From positions 744,001-808,000 of the forward strand of contig CDRNST010000066.1 of the NCBI GenBank assembly GCA_977016875.1: a DNA stretch of 64,000 nt. The letters are read 5' to 3'. This document shows, one piece after another, positions 63,901 through 64,000 of the stretch. Each line of letters begins with the position of its first letter. Positions within the stretch are counted from its first letter, which is position 1. The DNA comes from Pavona decussata (taxonomy: Eukaryota). The translations under genes were made by a program, and so were the position numbers. Under the pieces are notes generated by a model, which saw nothing but the letters and a program-made list of their open reading frames with translations, did not search any database and was not told the origin of the DNA.

Positions 63901-64000
63901 TACAACAGACCAGTTCTAGATAGCTCTAACAGATTTGTACGACGGACAGACATATAGAGAGTTCTTCGCACAGTTATCCCTACATCGACTGTCATGCCGG

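Noticed and set aside
60979-64000. Exon 6 (SxMHY Met-turn) of gene C
   Set aside because: Not found in the remaining sequence; presumably beyond the window. The short ORFs here lack recognisable motifs.

Overview
AT-rich eukaryotic genomic DNA with GT-AG introns, microsatellites and two N gaps. The repeat types suggest a cnidarian, probably a scleractinian coral (inference). The window holds a tandem, same-strand (+) cluster of three secreted astacin (M12A) zinc-metalloprotease genes about 30-33 kb apart. Gene A is represented only by its 3' end (836-1960). Gene B is complete: 9 exons, 23175-32645, ~430 aa. Gene C has exons 1-5 here (56493-60978) and continues past the window. The main novelty is that genes A and B splice the protease domain to a ~140-148-codon symmetric exon encoding an extremely basic, collagen-like (Gly-Arg-Arg-Gly-Arg-Pro)n tail. 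In gene B, skipping that exon creates an exact T|GA stop right after the catalytic domain, so the tail could be an on/off module. Intergenic and intronic DNA is mostly transposon-derived. It includes a 6.9 kb TTAA-targeting, long-TIR (Sola3-like) element with a spliced, internally deleted transposase gene, whose empty site is visible in the paralogous duplication. It also holds Kolobok-like and Tc1-like MITEs, LINE fragments, tRNA-SINEs, Penelope fragments with minimal hammerhead ribozymes, and a RecQ-helicase remnant. All calls are from manual reading; no database search was run.
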